A DNA stretch of 64,000 nucleotides from Alistipes sp. (lineage in GTDB: Bacteria; Bacteroidota; Bacteroidia; Bacteroidales; Rikenellaceae). Of this stretch, positions 26,392-37,176 are shown piece after piece (position 1 is the first letter of the stretch; each line of letters starts with the position of its first letter). Below the pieces are notes generated by a model. The model saw only the letters and a list, made by a program, of their open reading frames with translations, was not told the DNA's origin and ran no database searches. A program made the position numbers and the translations under genes. The stretch spans positions 1,294 through 65,293 of the forward strand of contig JAFZEY010000099.1 in assembly GCA_017560455.1 (NCBI GenBank). The letters are read 5' to 3'.

Positions 26392-27528
26392 ATGACAAAC
26401 AAACTCTTCTATTGTTTGATGGCACTCCTTTTATCTGCGACACTCCTCGTAGGTTGTAAGGAGCAGACCAAAACAACAAAACGAACTCGCGAGTACAACG
26501 CAATGATTTTGCAGCCTGCATCGCGAAAGCTCAGCTCTACCTACTCGGCGACAATCCGAGGTAAACAGGATGTCGATATCCGTACCAAGGTGCAGGGCTA
26601 CATCACCGACATCAGAGTAAAGGAGGGATCGATGGTTCGCAAGGATCAGACTCTCTTCGTAATCGACCAGGTGCCATACCAGGCAGCCCTCGCTACGGCA
26701 GAGGCGAATGTCGATGTGGCAAAGGCGCAGGTTGATGCTGCCGAGCTCTCAGCCAAGAGTAAGGAGAAGTTGTTCGAGCAGAATATCATCTCGGACTTCG
26801 ACCTCCGTATGGCTCGCACAAACCTCGCAAGTGCAAAGGCACAGCTCGCGCAGGCTCGCGCCAACGAACTCACCGCAAGCAACAACCTCTCTTATACACT
26901 CGTAAAGAGCCCGGTTGATGGCGTTGTCGGCACACTTCCTTTCCGCGTGGGTACACTCGTAAGTCCATCTGATGCTACTCCGATGACTTCGGTGTCGGAT
27001 AACTCGGAGATGTATGTCTACTTCTCGCTCTCGGAGAGCCAGGTACTCTCACTCAAGCGCCAGCACGGTGCACTCGAGAATGCATTGCAGGAGTTGCCAA
27101 TGGTCGAGTTGCAGTTGAATGACGGAACAATCTACTCGGAGAAGGGTCGCATCGAGGCGATATCGGGAATTATTGACCCGACAACGGGTTCGGTAACTCT
27201 TCGCGCGAAGTTCCCTAATAGCAAGCGTCTGCTCCTCTCGGGAGGTTCGGGTACAGTAATCCTGCCTCACCGCCAGGAGGGTTGTATCGTTATCCCTCAG
27301 CACGCGACCTTCGAGGTGCAGGATAAGGTCTATGCCTACAAGGTCGAGAACGGCATCGCCAAGGCGAAAATTGTCAGCGTATTCGAGATCAGCAACGGCA
27401 AGGAGTATATCGTTGAGTCGGGCCTTATGGAGGGCGACACAATCATTGTCGAGGGTATCGGTATCTTGCGAGATGATACCCCTGTAAATATCAAGGAGTT
27501 TGTAACCTATTCAAAGAAAAAGAAGTAG
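26392..27528 (+). CDS. RND efflux periplasmic adaptor (MFP) lipoprotein
   Basis: Lipobox LVGC, alpha-hairpin, and SYTLVKSPVDG, TGSVTLRAKFPN. Confidence 0.92.
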   Translation: MTNKLFYCLMALLLSATLLVGCKEQTKTTKRTREYNAMILQPASRKLSSTYSATIRGKQDVDIRTKVQGYITDIRVKEGSMVRKDQTLFVIDQVPYQAALATAEANVDVAKAQVDAAELSAKSKEKLFEQNIISDFDLRMARTNLASAKAQLAQARANELTASNNLSYTLVKSPVDGVVGTLPFRVGTLVSPSDATPMTSVSDNSEMYVYFSLSESQVLSLKRQHGALENALQELPMVELQLNDGTIYSEKGRIEAISGIIDPTTGSVTLRAKFPNSKRLLLSGGSGTVILPHRQEGCIVIPQHATFEVQDKVYAYKVENGIAKAKIVSVFEISNGKEYIVESGLMEGDTIIVEGIGILRDDTPVNIKEFVTYSKKKK

Positions 27529-27559
27529 GATATAACGACAAAATAAGGAGAAACAAGAG

Positions 27560-30500
27560 ATGAATATTAAAACATTTATCGACCGTCCCGTACTGTCGTC
27601 AGTAATATCGATTATCGTCATAATCGGCGGACTCATCGGCTTGGCTTCGCTGCCTATCGAGCGATATCCAAGTATTGCACCGCCGACAATCCATGTGTCG
27701 GTATCATACCCCGGTGCAAGTGCCGAGACCGTACAGAAGAGCGCCATCGTTCCTCTCGAGGAGGCAATCAACGGTGTGGAGAATATGACCTATATGTCCT
27801 CTTCGGCAACGAACAACGGAAACGGTAATATCACCATATTCTTCAAGCAGGGCACAAACCCCGATATGGCGGCTGTCAATGTGCAGAACTGCGTTGCGCG
27901 TGCCACACGACAGCTCCCTTCTGAGGTTGTCGAGGCGGGTGTTACCGTAAAGAAACGACAGACAAGCGTCTTGGAGCGCGTTGCGCTCTACAGCCCGAAT
28001 GGCTCATACGACAGAACATTTATCATCAACTATGTCAAGATTAATCTCGTACCAGCAATCTCGCGTATTCCGGGTGTGGGAGAGGTCGAGGTGCGAGGCT
28101 CCGACTACTCGATGCGTATATGGCTCAAACCGGATATCATGGCGCAGTACAAGCTCGTACCAGCCGATATCACAGCCGTTCTCGGCGAGCAGAATATTGA
28201 GGCTGCTACGGGTTCATTCGGTGAGAGCTCGGATAACACCTTCCAATATGCAATGCGATACAGAGGTCGCTTGGAGAAGACCGAGGAGTTCGCAAATATC
28301 GTAATCCGCGCCCTTCCAAACGGCGAAGTCTTGAAGCTCAAGGATGTTGCCGACATCGAGTTGGGAACGCAGACCTATCAGTACATCGGAGAGATTAATG
28401 GCTCTCCTGGTGCAGAATTCACCATCTACCAGACTCCCGAGTCGAATGCTACCGAGGTCATCAACAAGATTGATGCCTACCTCGAAGAGGCTCGCGAGAA
28501 TTTCCCTGTCGATTTGGAGTTGATCATCTTGGAGAGTTCGAACGACTTCCTCTTCGCATCGATCTACAATGTGGTGCGCACTCTCTTGGAGGCTATCATA
28601 TTGGTAACCCTCGTGGTGTTCATCTTCTTGCGCGACTTCCGCTCGACGATGATTCCGCTCATCGGTACAATCGTATCGATCATCGGTACCTTTATGTTCC
28701 TCTTCTTCTTTGGTTTCAGTATCAACCTCCTCACCTTGTTTGCCTTGGTGCTCTCGATTGGTGTGGTGGTGGATGATGCCATTATCGTCGTGGAGGCCGT
28801 ACACGCAAAGCTCGACCTGGGCTACAAATCGCCATACAAGGCTACGGTGGATGCAATGGAGGGTATTACCTCGGCAATTATCACCTGTACGCTCGTATTT
28901 ATGGCGGTATTTATCCCTGTGTCGTTTATGGGCGGAACTTCGGGTATCTTCTACACCCAGTTCGGTATCACAATGGCCGTAGCGGTGGGTATCTCGGCGC
29001 TCAACGCATTGACCCTCTCGCCGGCATTGTGTGCTATGATGTTGAAGCCGAAGGATGAGTACGGCAACCCTACAAAGATGTCGTTCTCACAGCGATTTAA
29101 CATCGCACTCGACAACTCGTTCAATGCCATCTGCAAGCGATACTTGCGTGGTGTAACCTTCTTCTTGCGTCATCGTTGGTTAGGTGTCACCCTTCTTGTT
29201 GCGGCATGCGCATTGCTGGGTTACTTTATGAACACGACAAAGACCGGTCTTATTCCGCGCGAGGATTTGGGTACACTCCGTATCGACATCTCGACTCCTC
29301 CGGGAACATCACTCTCGCAGACAAAGCGCATTATCGACCGTATCGACAACGATATCATCAAGGGTATCGAAGAGATCCACGCATACGGAAAGACTACAGG
29401 ACACTCGCATACGGGTGGAGCAGGTTCTTCGCACGGAAACATCCTTCTCCGTCTCAAGCATTGGGATTTGCGAAAGGGAGAGGAGCACAGCGTAAATGCC
29501 GTGCAGAAGCGTATCAAGGAGTATGCCGACTCGTTTAATGACGGTTCAATCTTCTCATCTACCCCTGCAATGATTCCTGGATTTGGTGCTGCCGGCGGTT
29601 TCAATATGTATATTCAGGATAGAAAGGGTGGCACAATCGAGGAACTTGCAGATGTGACAACCGAATTTATCTCGGCACTTAGAAAGCGCCCGGAGATTGG
29701 TACGGCCCACACCTCGTTCAACCCTCGCTTCCCTCAGTATCAGATTGATGTCGATGCCGTGAAGTGTAAGCGTGCAGGAACTTCGACAAAGGATGTGTTG
29801 AATGTGCTGAACGGCTACTACGGCGGATTGATGTCTACACGATTTAACCGCTTTACAAAGCTCTATCAGGTGCGCGTACAGGCTCACCCTAAGTATCGTG
29901 CCGACAAGCAGACCCTGAACAATATCTTCGTTCGCATAGGCAACGATATGGCGCCTGTAAGCCAATTCGTAACCCTCGAAAAGATCTACGCGCCAGAGAA
30001 CCTTGCGCGATTCAATATGTTCCCTGCCATCAGCATCAATGGTCGTGCCGCAGAGGGATACTCTTCGGGAGATGCCATCAAGGCGGTGCAGGAGCTTGCA
30101 TCCGAGCTGTTGCCTATGGGATATGGTTACGACTTTGCGGGTATCGCACGCGAGGAGGCGACAAGTACAAGCAACACTTCGATTATCTTCGTAATCTGCT
30201 TCTTGCTTATCTACCTCATCCTCGCAGCATTGTACGAGAGCTACATCGTTCCGTTGGCGGTGATTCTCTCTGTTCCATTCGGACTTATGGGCTCGTTCCT
30301 CTTTGCGAGAATGATGGGCGTAGAGAATAACATCTACCTTCAAACAGGTCTTATCATGCTCATCGGTTTGTTGGCTAAGACTGCCATTCTTATCACCGAA
30401 TTCGCAGGCGAGAACCGCGCCAAGGGTATGAGCATCGCCCGTGCAACATATGTTGCCACACGCGAGCGTTTCCGCCCTATCCTTATGACCGTGCTCACAA

Positions 30501-30694
30501 TGGTTATCGGTATGGTGCCGTTGATGCTCTCGACCGGTGTAGGCGCCAACGGAAACAACACCATCGGTGCCGGCGTTGTTGGAGGTATGGTTATCGGAAC
30601 ATTGGCTCTGCTATTTATATTGCCCGCCCTCTTCACCATCTTCCAATGGTTGCAGGAGAAGGTTAAACCTATTAAAACTATCGAGAAGGAGTAA
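27560..30694 (+). CDS. RND efflux permease (HAE1/AcrB family)
   Basis: FIDRPV, YPGASAETV, GVVVDDAIIVVE (proton-relay DD), GLLAKTAIL and RFRPILMT. Confidence 0.95.
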   Translation: MNIKTFIDRPVLSSVISIIVIIGGLIGLASLPIERYPSIAPPTIHVSVSYPGASAETVQKSAIVPLEEAINGVENMTYMSSSATNNGNGNITIFFKQGTNPDMAAVNVQNCVARATRQLPSEVVEAGVTVKKRQTSVLERVALYSPNGSYDRTFIINYVKINLVPAISRIPGVGEVEVRGSDYSMRIWLKPDIMAQYKLVPADITAVLGEQNIEAATGSFGESSDNTFQYAMRYRGRLEKTEEFANIVIRALPNGEVLKLKDVADIELGTQTYQYIGEINGSPGAEFTIYQTPESNATEVINKIDAYLEEARENFPVDLELIILESSNDFLFASIYNVVRTLLEAIILVTLVVFIFLRDFRSTMIPLIGTIVSIIGTFMFLFFFGFSINLLTLFALVLSIGVVVDDAIIVVEAVHAKLDLGYKSPYKATVDAMEGITSAIITCTLVFMAVFIPVSFMGGTSGIFYTQFGITMAVAVGISALNALTLSPALCAMMLKPKDEYGNPTKMSFSQRFNIALDNSFNAICKRYLRGVTFFLRHRWLGVTLLVAACALLGYFMNTTKTGLIPREDLGTLRIDISTPPGTSLSQTKRIIDRIDNDIIKGIEEIHAYGKTTGHSHTGGAGSSHGNILLRLKHWDLRKGEEHSVNAVQKRIKEYADSFNDGSIFSSTPAMIPGFGAAGGFNMYIQDRKGGTIEELADVTTEFISALRKRPEIGTAHTSFNPRFPQYQIDVDAVKCKRAGTSTKDVLNVLNGYYGGLMSTRFNRFTKLYQVRVQAHPKYRADKQTLNNIFVRIGNDMAPVSQFVTLEKIYAPENLARFNMFPAISINGRAAEGYSSGDAIKAVQELASELLPMGYGYDFAGIAREEATSTSNTSIIFVICFLLIYLILAALYESYIVPLAVILSVPFGLMGSFLFARMMGVENNIYLQTGLIMLIGLLAKTAILITEFAGENRAKGMSIARATYVATRERFRPILMTVLTMVIGMVPLMLSTGVGANGNNTIGAGVVGGMVIGTLALLFILPALFTIFQWLQEKVKPIKTIEKE

Positions 30695-32088
30695 TGATGA
30701 AGAAGATTTTCTTGATATTGAGCATTGCGGCTCTTATGACGAGCTGCTCTATATATAAAAGGTATAGTCGCCCTGAGGAGATCTCTACCAACAACCTCTA
30801 TGGCAACATCGAGGGTAGAGATACAACCACTATGGCCGATATCTCGTGGCGCGAGTTCTTCACAGACAAGCATCTGCAAGGCTATATCGAGCAGGGCTTG
30901 AAGAATAATATCGACATCCGCCTCGCCTCGGAGCGAGTGTCGCAGGCGGAGTTAGCATTGCAGAGCGCACGCCTGGCATTTATCCCGTCGTTCAGTTTTG
31001 AACCTACGGGTAGTTTGACTCTCGGCCCGCAGTCGGCACAGTTTGCCTATACACTCCCCGTAAAGGCGAGCTGGGAGATCGATATTATGGCACGCCAGAT
31101 TAACGCTAAGCGCCGTGCCGAGGCAACCTTGGAGTACAACAGGCTCTATCGTCGCAGCGTGCAGACCGCACTCGTGGCTGCCATTGCCAACAACTACTAC
31201 ACGCTCCTGATGCTCGATGCACAGCTGCGTATCTCGCGTTCGACATCGGCATCGTGGAAGGAGAATGTTCGCACAATGAAGGCGATGAAGGAGGCGGGTA
31301 TGACAAATGCTGCATCCATCTCGCAGACCGAGGCAAACAGCTGCTCGATTGACGCATCGCTCCAAGACTTGGAGTATAAGTTGATACAGGCGCAGAACTC
31401 GCTTGCGCTCCTGCTCGGTGTTACACCTCAGGAGTTCCCTCGCGGAGAGTTGAATGGCGTAGATTTCAAGCAGGAGTTGTTGGTTGGCATTCCTGCGCAG
31501 TTGCTCTCGCGTCGTCCCGATGTAAAGCAGGCGGAGTATAACCTCCAACTCGCATTCTACAACACGAATATCGCACACGCAGCGCTCTACCCTTCGCTCA
31601 CAATCTCGGGTGAGGGTGTATTGAAGGGCTTGCCTACAAGCTGGGCACTCTCGCTCTTGGGCAAGTTGGTACAGCCAATCTTTAAGGCTGGCAGCAACCG
31701 TGCAAACTACAAGATTGCACAGTCGCAACAGCGCGAGGCTGTGATAAATTTCCAGCACAAGTTGTTGGAGGCAGGCAACGAGGTAAATACCGCCTTGGCG
31801 CAGTGTCGCTCTGCACGCAATAAGACCAACTTGCGAATTCGCCAGATCGAAAACTTGTCGCAGGCGGTGTATAGCACCCGTCAGCTGATGAGCCACTCGG
31901 AAGCGACCTACTTGGAGGTCTTGACGGCTCAGCAATCACTCCTCTCGGCGCGTCTGTTGCAGGTATCGGACCGCTTCGAGGGCATCCAGGGTGTTATCAA
32001 CCTCTACCGCGCACTCGGTGGCGGTGTGGACACAACACTCGAACCTCCGGTAACAAAGAATCCTATTTTCAAGCGATGCAAGAAATAG
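30694..32088 (+). CDS. TolC/OprM-family outer membrane efflux lipoprotein
   Basis: Lipobox MTSC, GIPAQLLSRRPDV, YLEVLTAQ and LYRALGGG. Confidence 0.92.
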   Translation: MMKKIFLILSIAALMTSCSIYKRYSRPEEISTNNLYGNIEGRDTTTMADISWREFFTDKHLQGYIEQGLKNNIDIRLASERVSQAELALQSARLAFIPSFSFEPTGSLTLGPQSAQFAYTLPVKASWEIDIMARQINAKRRAEATLEYNRLYRRSVQTALVAAIANNYYTLLMLDAQLRISRSTSASWKENVRTMKAMKEAGMTNAASISQTEANSCSIDASLQDLEYKLIQAQNSLALLLGVTPQEFPRGELNGVDFKQELLVGIPAQLLSRRPDVKQAEYNLQLAFYNTNIAHAALYPSLTISGEGVLKGLPTSWALSLLGKLVQPIFKAGSNRANYKIAQSQQREAVINFQHKLLEAGNEVNTALAQCRSARNKTNLRIRQIENLSQAVYSTRQLMSHSEATYLEVLTAQQSLLSARLLQVSDRFEGIQGVINLYRALGGGVDTTLEPPVTKNPIFKRCKK

Positions 32089-32100
32089 TATAAAGCAACA

Positions 32101-32135
32101 AAATAGGGCTGTCGACTGACAGCCCTATTTGTTTT
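32101..32135. terminator. Bidirectional terminator (RND operon / ssb)
   Basis: Perfect 13-bp stem AAATAGGGCTGTC-GACT-GACAGCCCTATTT. Confidence 0.85.
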
Positions 32136-32151
32136 ATCATTACCACCCGAA

Positions 32152-32664
32152 TTAGAACGGCAGATCATCTGCGCTATCGCCAGGGAATACCGGCGCTGCA
32201 GCAGGGGCTGGTGCAGGAGTTGCAACAGGCTGCGGTGCGGGAGCCTGGTATGCAGGTGCCTGATATGCAGGTTGTGCCGACTGCATAGGCTGTGCATAGT
32301 CCTGAACTACGCCCGGCGCAGATTGTGGTGCATCAGCACGGCGACCAAGCAACTTCATATCTGTCGCTACAACCTCGGTTGTATAGCGTTTCTGATTATC
32401 CTTATCAGTCCACTCGCGAGTACGCAATGAACCCTCAACATAGATCTGACTACCCTTGTGTACATACTTATCGACAACATCGGCCAAATTGCGCCACAAG
32501 GTTACGGTGTGCCACTCGGTCTGCTCCTTCATCTCGTTTGTCTGACGATCGGTATAGCGCTCTGTTGTAGCAAGGCGCAAACGAGCAACCTTAACACCCG
32601 ACTCCAAAGCACGAACCTCGGGGTCAAGACCTACATTTCCAACTAAAATAACTTTATTTATCAT
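32152..32664 (-). CDS. ssb: Single-stranded DNA-binding protein
   Basis: INKVILVGNVG, TEWH, KGSQIYVEG, a P/Q/A linker and C-terminal DDLPF. Confidence 0.96.
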   Translation of the reverse strand: MINKVILVGNVGLDPEVRALESGVKVARLRLATTERYTDRQTNEMKEQTEWHTVTLWRNLADVVDKYVHKGSQIYVEGSLRTREWTDKDNQKRYTTEVVATDMKLLGRRADAPQSAPGVVQDYAQPMQSAQPAYQAPAYQAPAPQPVATPAPAPAAAPVFPGDSADDLPF

Positions 32665-32676
32665 ATCTCTCTGTTT

Positions 32677-33480
32677 TTATAGCTCTCTGATCAACTCGGT
32701 AAACAATCGGGCCATACGCTCGCCGGCCTTCTTGCCCTGCAACTGCACATCCTCGTGGTCGCCCTTCTCCTCACTCAAACCGCAGTTTGTAACGACCGAC
32801 ACACCAAAGCAAGGTACTCCCATATGGCGCGCAACGATAACCTCAGGAACGGTAGACATTCCCACTGCATCGCCTCCGATAGCCTTGAAGTAGCGATACT
32901 CGGCCTGGGTCTCGAAGGTTGGGCCTGTAGTACCCACATAGACGCCATACTGCAACTTTATATGCTCGCGCTCGGCAATAGCCGTAGCCTTCATACGAAT
33001 GGCGTGGCTGTAGCAGTCGTGCATATCGGGGAAGCGGGGACCAAACTCTGCCATATTTGGTCCGATAAGCGGATTTGGCAAGAGGTTGATATGGTCGGTG
33101 ATAATCATCAAATCGCCCACGCAGAACGAGGTGTTGATACCACCCGCAGCATTCGACACAAAGAGGTACTTGATGCCGAGCAATGCCATCACACGCACAG
33201 GGAATGTAACCTGCTTCATTGTGTAGCCCTCGTAGTAGTGGAAACGGCCTTGCATAGCAACGACCTTCTTACCGCCTACTGTACCAAAAATAAGACATCC
33301 CTTGTGTCCCTCAACCGTCGAAACGGGCATATTCGGAATATCCTTGTACTCCAAGCGATACTCCACATCAATACTATCGACAAAACCTCCCAAACCCGTA
33401 CCGAGAATGATTCCTACCTCGGGCTGAAAGTCGTTTGTTGCCTTACGAATTGCGCTACAAGCCTCTAATATACAATCCAT
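32677..33480 (-). CDS. punA: Purine nucleoside phosphorylase (trimeric PNP family)
   Basis: IILGTGLG, STVEGH, QGRFHYYEGY, NAAGG, GPTFET and GMSTVPE. Confidence 0.92.
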   Translation of the reverse strand: MDCILEACSAIRKATNDFQPEVGIILGTGLGGFVDSIDVEYRLEYKDIPNMPVSTVEGHKGCLIFGTVGGKKVVAMQGRFHYYEGYTMKQVTFPVRVMALLGIKYLFVSNAAGGINTSFCVGDLMIITDHINLLPNPLIGPNMAEFGPRFPDMHDCYSHAIRMKATAIAEREHIKLQYGVYVGTTGPTFETQAEYRYFKAIGGDAVGMSTVPEVIVARHMGVPCFGVSVVTNCGLSEEKGDHEDVQLQGKKAGERMARLFTELIREL

Positions 33481-34519
33481 TGCCTCTATTCTTTATATCG
33501 TTATCTATTCTTGCAAACAGCTCTGCACGGCTATCTCCCACAAAGCGCACAGTGATCTTCTCGTAGAACATCTTTCGGTGCAACTCCTGCGGTATAGCAC
33601 GACTATTGGCCAACTTCACCGCATCCTTCTCGGTTGTCATAATGACCGCCTCAGGATGCTTGGCAAGAGTCTGGGAGATAAGTTTCAAGTCGCTCATTCG
33701 ATAGGTGTGATGGTCATCGAAGTCGATTGTATCCACAACCTTATAACGCTGCTGAAGTCCTCTATTGAACGACTCGTTGTCACCTATACCCGACATTGCG
33801 ATAACACTCGCACCGTGAGGTACCGTATCCTCCACCTCTGCAAAAACCGAGCAAGCCGCTGCAGGCTGCACACGAGAAAAGAACATCTCCTGCGATGCCT
33901 TCTCGATAAGCCACATTCGTTTTTCGCGCATATTGATAGGCTTCATCTCCTCAGGACACTTCGTAACAACGAAGTAATGCGCTCTATACAACGAACTTGT
34001 TGTGTCGCGCAGCTGTCCGTACGGAAGCAGATGGTCGCGCTCGACAGGACGATTATAATCGACAACGATAATATTGACAAGCGGCTCCACATATCGGTGC
34101 TGGAAACCGTCGTCCATGATTATCATATTTACCTCGGGGAACTCCTCCTTTATGCGATGAATTGCAAAGGCGCGCTTCTCACACACCACAACCTCGACAT
34201 TCGGGAACTTGCGCTTTATCTGCAGAGGCTCATCGCCGACTGTGCGATAGTTATCATCCTCCTTGACCACGCGATAACCCTTTGTGGTACGGCCGTAGCC
34301 GCGAGAGAGAACGGCAATGTTGTAGCTATCGATGTAATGATCCACGAGCATCTCAACGATAGGGGTTTTGCCCGTACCGCCAACGGTGATATTTCCCACA
34401 CAGATAATCGGGATATCGAAATGTTCGCTATGAAGGATATTGGCATCAAAGAGCATGTGTCGCAACTTTATTGCGGCACCATAAAACAGCGATGCTATTT
34501 TCAACAACACCTTTTTCAT
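33455..34519 (-). CDS. lpxK: Tetraacyldisaccharide 4'-kinase
   Basis: VGNITVGGTGKTP, SRGYGR, GDEP, DDGFQH and TTEKDAVK. Confidence 0.96.
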   Translation of the reverse strand: MKKVLLKIASLFYGAAIKLRHMLFDANILHSEHFDIPIICVGNITVGGTGKTPIVEMLVDHYIDSYNIAVLSRGYGRTTKGYRVVKEDDNYRTVGDEPLQIKRKFPNVEVVVCEKRAFAIHRIKEEFPEVNMIIMDDGFQHRYVEPLVNIIVVDYNRPVERDHLLPYGQLRDTTSSLYRAHYFVVTKCPEEMKPINMREKRMWLIEKASQEMFFSRVQPAAACSVFAEVEDTVPHGASVIAMSGIGDNESFNRGLQQRYKVVDTIDFDDHHTYRMSDLKLISQTLAKHPEAVIMTTEKDAVKLANSRAIPQELHRKMFYEKITVRFVGDSRAELFARIDNDIKNRGNGLYIRGL

Positions 34520-34615
34520 CTACTCTTTACAAAATATTCCAACCAAAGATAGTAACTATTATTCGTTCCGCAAACTTTTCCCGCATATTTTTTCAACAAT
34601 ATCTTTCAGAGGCGT

Positions 34616-35812
34616 CTAGCGAAGCTTAAACGACACCTTCGGCGACTTATCTTTGCCGTAGTACATATTCGTTGGAATTAACTCAAACTCTTTCTTGCCC
34701 TTGGCAACATTAATTACAGTTGACGACATACCATACACCGCCGCTTCACGCCAACCATCCCAGCGCAACGAATACGGGAAAGAGGAGTGGTTGGTAACCA
34801 TAACTCGAAAATCTTTTTTGCTCTCGCCGATAACCTCCACCGAGATACTCGCCTCGAAAAGCTCTGCAAGCAACTTTTCGCTGCCAACAAACATATTGGC
34901 GTGGTAGGCGATGGTACGCCCAGCCTTCAACGCTTCGTGAATAGACTTCTCATCACAACGCTTTGCCAATATCAGCGTCATATTACGGAAGTACTCCTTG
35001 CCTGCACCCGAAAAGGTGCCAGAAATCAGACCGTGGGCATCCGAATTCGCAACCGGAGTATATCCTCCACCCATGCAAAGGTCAAAAAGACGAGTGTAGA
35101 AGTTGTAGCCATTAGCCACCTCGATACCGTCAATCAGCCCCTTGGCGTGAAAATCCTCACAGTGCTCAGGCATCGTACTTTTGGTCTTTTTGCTATACTG
35201 AGGGTGGTTGTGGAAGATGAATGCACCCTGCTTGCGAGCATTGCGTATAGTAGTTTCGAGATCGGGATCGTAGATGGTATTATTATCCTTCGTAAAGAGA
35301 GCATTATAGTCGCCCAACTTTCCGCGCGTAATCTCCACACCTCGAATCACCATCAGGCCAAGTTCGTCACCCCTCTTCTTTGCTCTATCGTAGCTGACAT
35401 TAAAATCGACAAGCAGACCGCGACTATCTGGTGCTCTATTCAAGACATTGGTATTCACCGCACCTCCCTCTTTGCGCAAATCCTCACGGATATAATCCTT
35501 CATATAGCGATACATCGCTCGCTCGATACGGCGATACTCCATATGATCGGTAATTGCAACGATATCCAAGCCATCGTTCCACGCCTCCTCAACACGCCAA
35601 CCCGGAGTCACATCGCCATCCGAGTAGATGGTATGAGTATGCAGGTCGGCCTTATAGACATTATATTTTCCAACCTTCGGAACAACTATTTCGTTTCTGC
35701 GATTTCCACTCTTATTAAACACCTTTCGTACCGCATCCAACTGCGCCGATGCCGAGTATGGATGGCACGCAAAAAGCGCAACCATAACAACCGTGAATAA
35801 CATAGACCTCAT
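34616..35812 (-). CDS. Exported PHP-domain metallophosphoesterase
   Basis: Signal peptide (MRSMLF...SASAQ), then ADLHTHT, ITDH, HNHP and NSDAH. Start moved to 35812. Confidence 0.8.
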   Translation of the reverse strand: MRSMLFTVVMVALFACHPYSASAQLDAVRKVFNKSGNRRNEIVVPKVGKYNVYKADLHTHTIYSDGDVTPGWRVEEAWNDGLDIVAITDHMEYRRIERAMYRYMKDYIREDLRKEGGAVNTNVLNRAPDSRGLLVDFNVSYDRAKKRGDELGLMVIRGVEITRGKLGDYNALFTKDNNTIYDPDLETTIRNARKQGAFIFHNHPQYSKKTKSTMPEHCEDFHAKGLIDGIEVANGYNFYTRLFDLCMGGGYTPVANSDAHGLISGTFSGAGKEYFRNMTLILAKRCDEKSIHEALKAGRTIAYHANMFVGSEKLLAELFEASISVEVIGESKKDFRVMVTNHSSFPYSLRWDGWREAAVYGMSSTVINVAKGKKEFELIPTNMYYGKDKSPKVSFKLR

Positions 35813-35941
35813 ATCGATATAATTTAGAATGTTTTTGTAGTACAAATTTACAACATTTTTACGAATAAACAAAATCAGAATATTTTTAAAATATTCTCAA
35901 ATGTTTGGATATTCAACTCATTTTGTCTATTTTTGTGCATT

Positions 35942-37174
35942 ATGAAGAGATTTTATTACATTGCAACAATAATCATTTCGTTCGCCTTTTTCGCCTGCGC
36001 GGAGAGCCAACACAAAGCGGTGAAGGAGAATATTATATTCGGCATCAATGCTGACAACTACACCGTCGAGCGCAAAACCGTAGAACCGGGCGACTCATGG
36101 AGCAAGATTCTCGGCAACTACGGCATCGGCACACAGAAATTGTTGCGTCTCGATAATCTCACAAAAGAAATTTGTCCATTGCGCACAATTCGCAGTGGCA
36201 ACCACTACACCACCTTCACACAGCAGGACTCGACCGCCGTGCGTCTTGACTATATCGTCTACGAGAAGAGCCTTATCGACTATGTCGTATTCGCCTTCGT
36301 CGGCGACTCGGTAGCGGTACGCGAAGGTCAGCGCGAGGTGGAAATTAAGCGCAGAAAAAGCACTGCCGTAATAAAATCTTCGTTGTGGGGAGCTATTATG
36401 GAGGAGAAATTGCCATACTCGCTCGCTGCCGAGATGGAGGAGATCTACCAATGGACTGTCGATTTCTTCGGTATTCAGGTGGGCGACCGCTTTACCGTCA
36501 TCTATGATGAGAAGTTTATCGACACCCTCTCGGTGGGTATTGGCAGAATCTGGGGTGCAAAATTCACCCATCGTGGCAAGGATATATACGCCATACCATT
36601 CAAGCAGGACGGCAAGTTGCAGTATTGGGAGGATGACGGAGGCTCACTGCGCAAGCAGCTGCTCAAGGCACCACTCAAATTTACGCGTATCTCCTCGAAG
36701 TTCTCGCACTCACGACTCCACCCCGTATCGAAGAAGTATCGCCCACACCACGGCGTTGATTACGCTGCTCCTGTGGGAACCCCTGTACGCGCTGTAGCCG
36801 ATGGTGTCGTAAGGGTAAAAACCTGCAAAAAGGCCGATGGTAACATCCTCAGAATCAAGCACCCGGGCAATCTCGAATCGGGATACCTCCACCTTCAGAA
36901 GTTCGCAAAGGGCATAAATGTAGGCTCACGAGTGTCACAGGGAGATATCATCGGATATGTCGGCAGCACAGGCTACTCTACAGGTCCACACCTCGACTTC
37001 CGCTTGTGGAGAAACGGACAGCCAATCAACCCATTGAGCGCACCCCAGAAGCCTGCAGTGCCAATATCGAAGGAGAACCGCGATAAGTTCGAATTCGTAA
37101 GATGGCGCGTAAGGGCGGAGTTGAATGGCGATGTTCCCGACTCAATGAAGATTAAAAACCTCGAGATATTATAA
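35942..37174 (+). CDS. M23 peptidoglycan DD-endopeptidase lipoprotein (MepM-like)
   Basis: Lipobox FFAC, HHGVDYAA, YLHL and STGPHLDF. Confidence 0.9.
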   Translation: MKRFYYIATIIISFAFFACAESQHKAVKENIIFGINADNYTVERKTVEPGDSWSKILGNYGIGTQKLLRLDNLTKEICPLRTIRSGNHYTTFTQQDSTAVRLDYIVYEKSLIDYVVFAFVGDSVAVREGQREVEIKRRKSTAVIKSSLWGAIMEEKLPYSLAAEMEEIYQWTVDFFGIQVGDRFTVIYDEKFIDTLSVGIGRIWGAKFTHRGKDIYAIPFKQDGKLQYWEDDGGSLRKQLLKAPLKFTRISSKFSHSRLHPVSKKYRPHHGVDYAAPVGTPVRAVADGVVRVKTCKKADGNILRIKHPGNLESGYLHLQKFAKGINVGSRVSQGDIIGYVGSTGYSTGPHLDFRLWRNGQPINPLSAPQKPAVPISKENRDKFEFVRWRVRAELNGDVPDSMKIKNLEIL

Positions 37175-37176
37175 CT

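Noticed and set aside
32200-32300. PAYQA repeat in ssb
   Set aside because: This is the ordinary low-complexity SSB linker.
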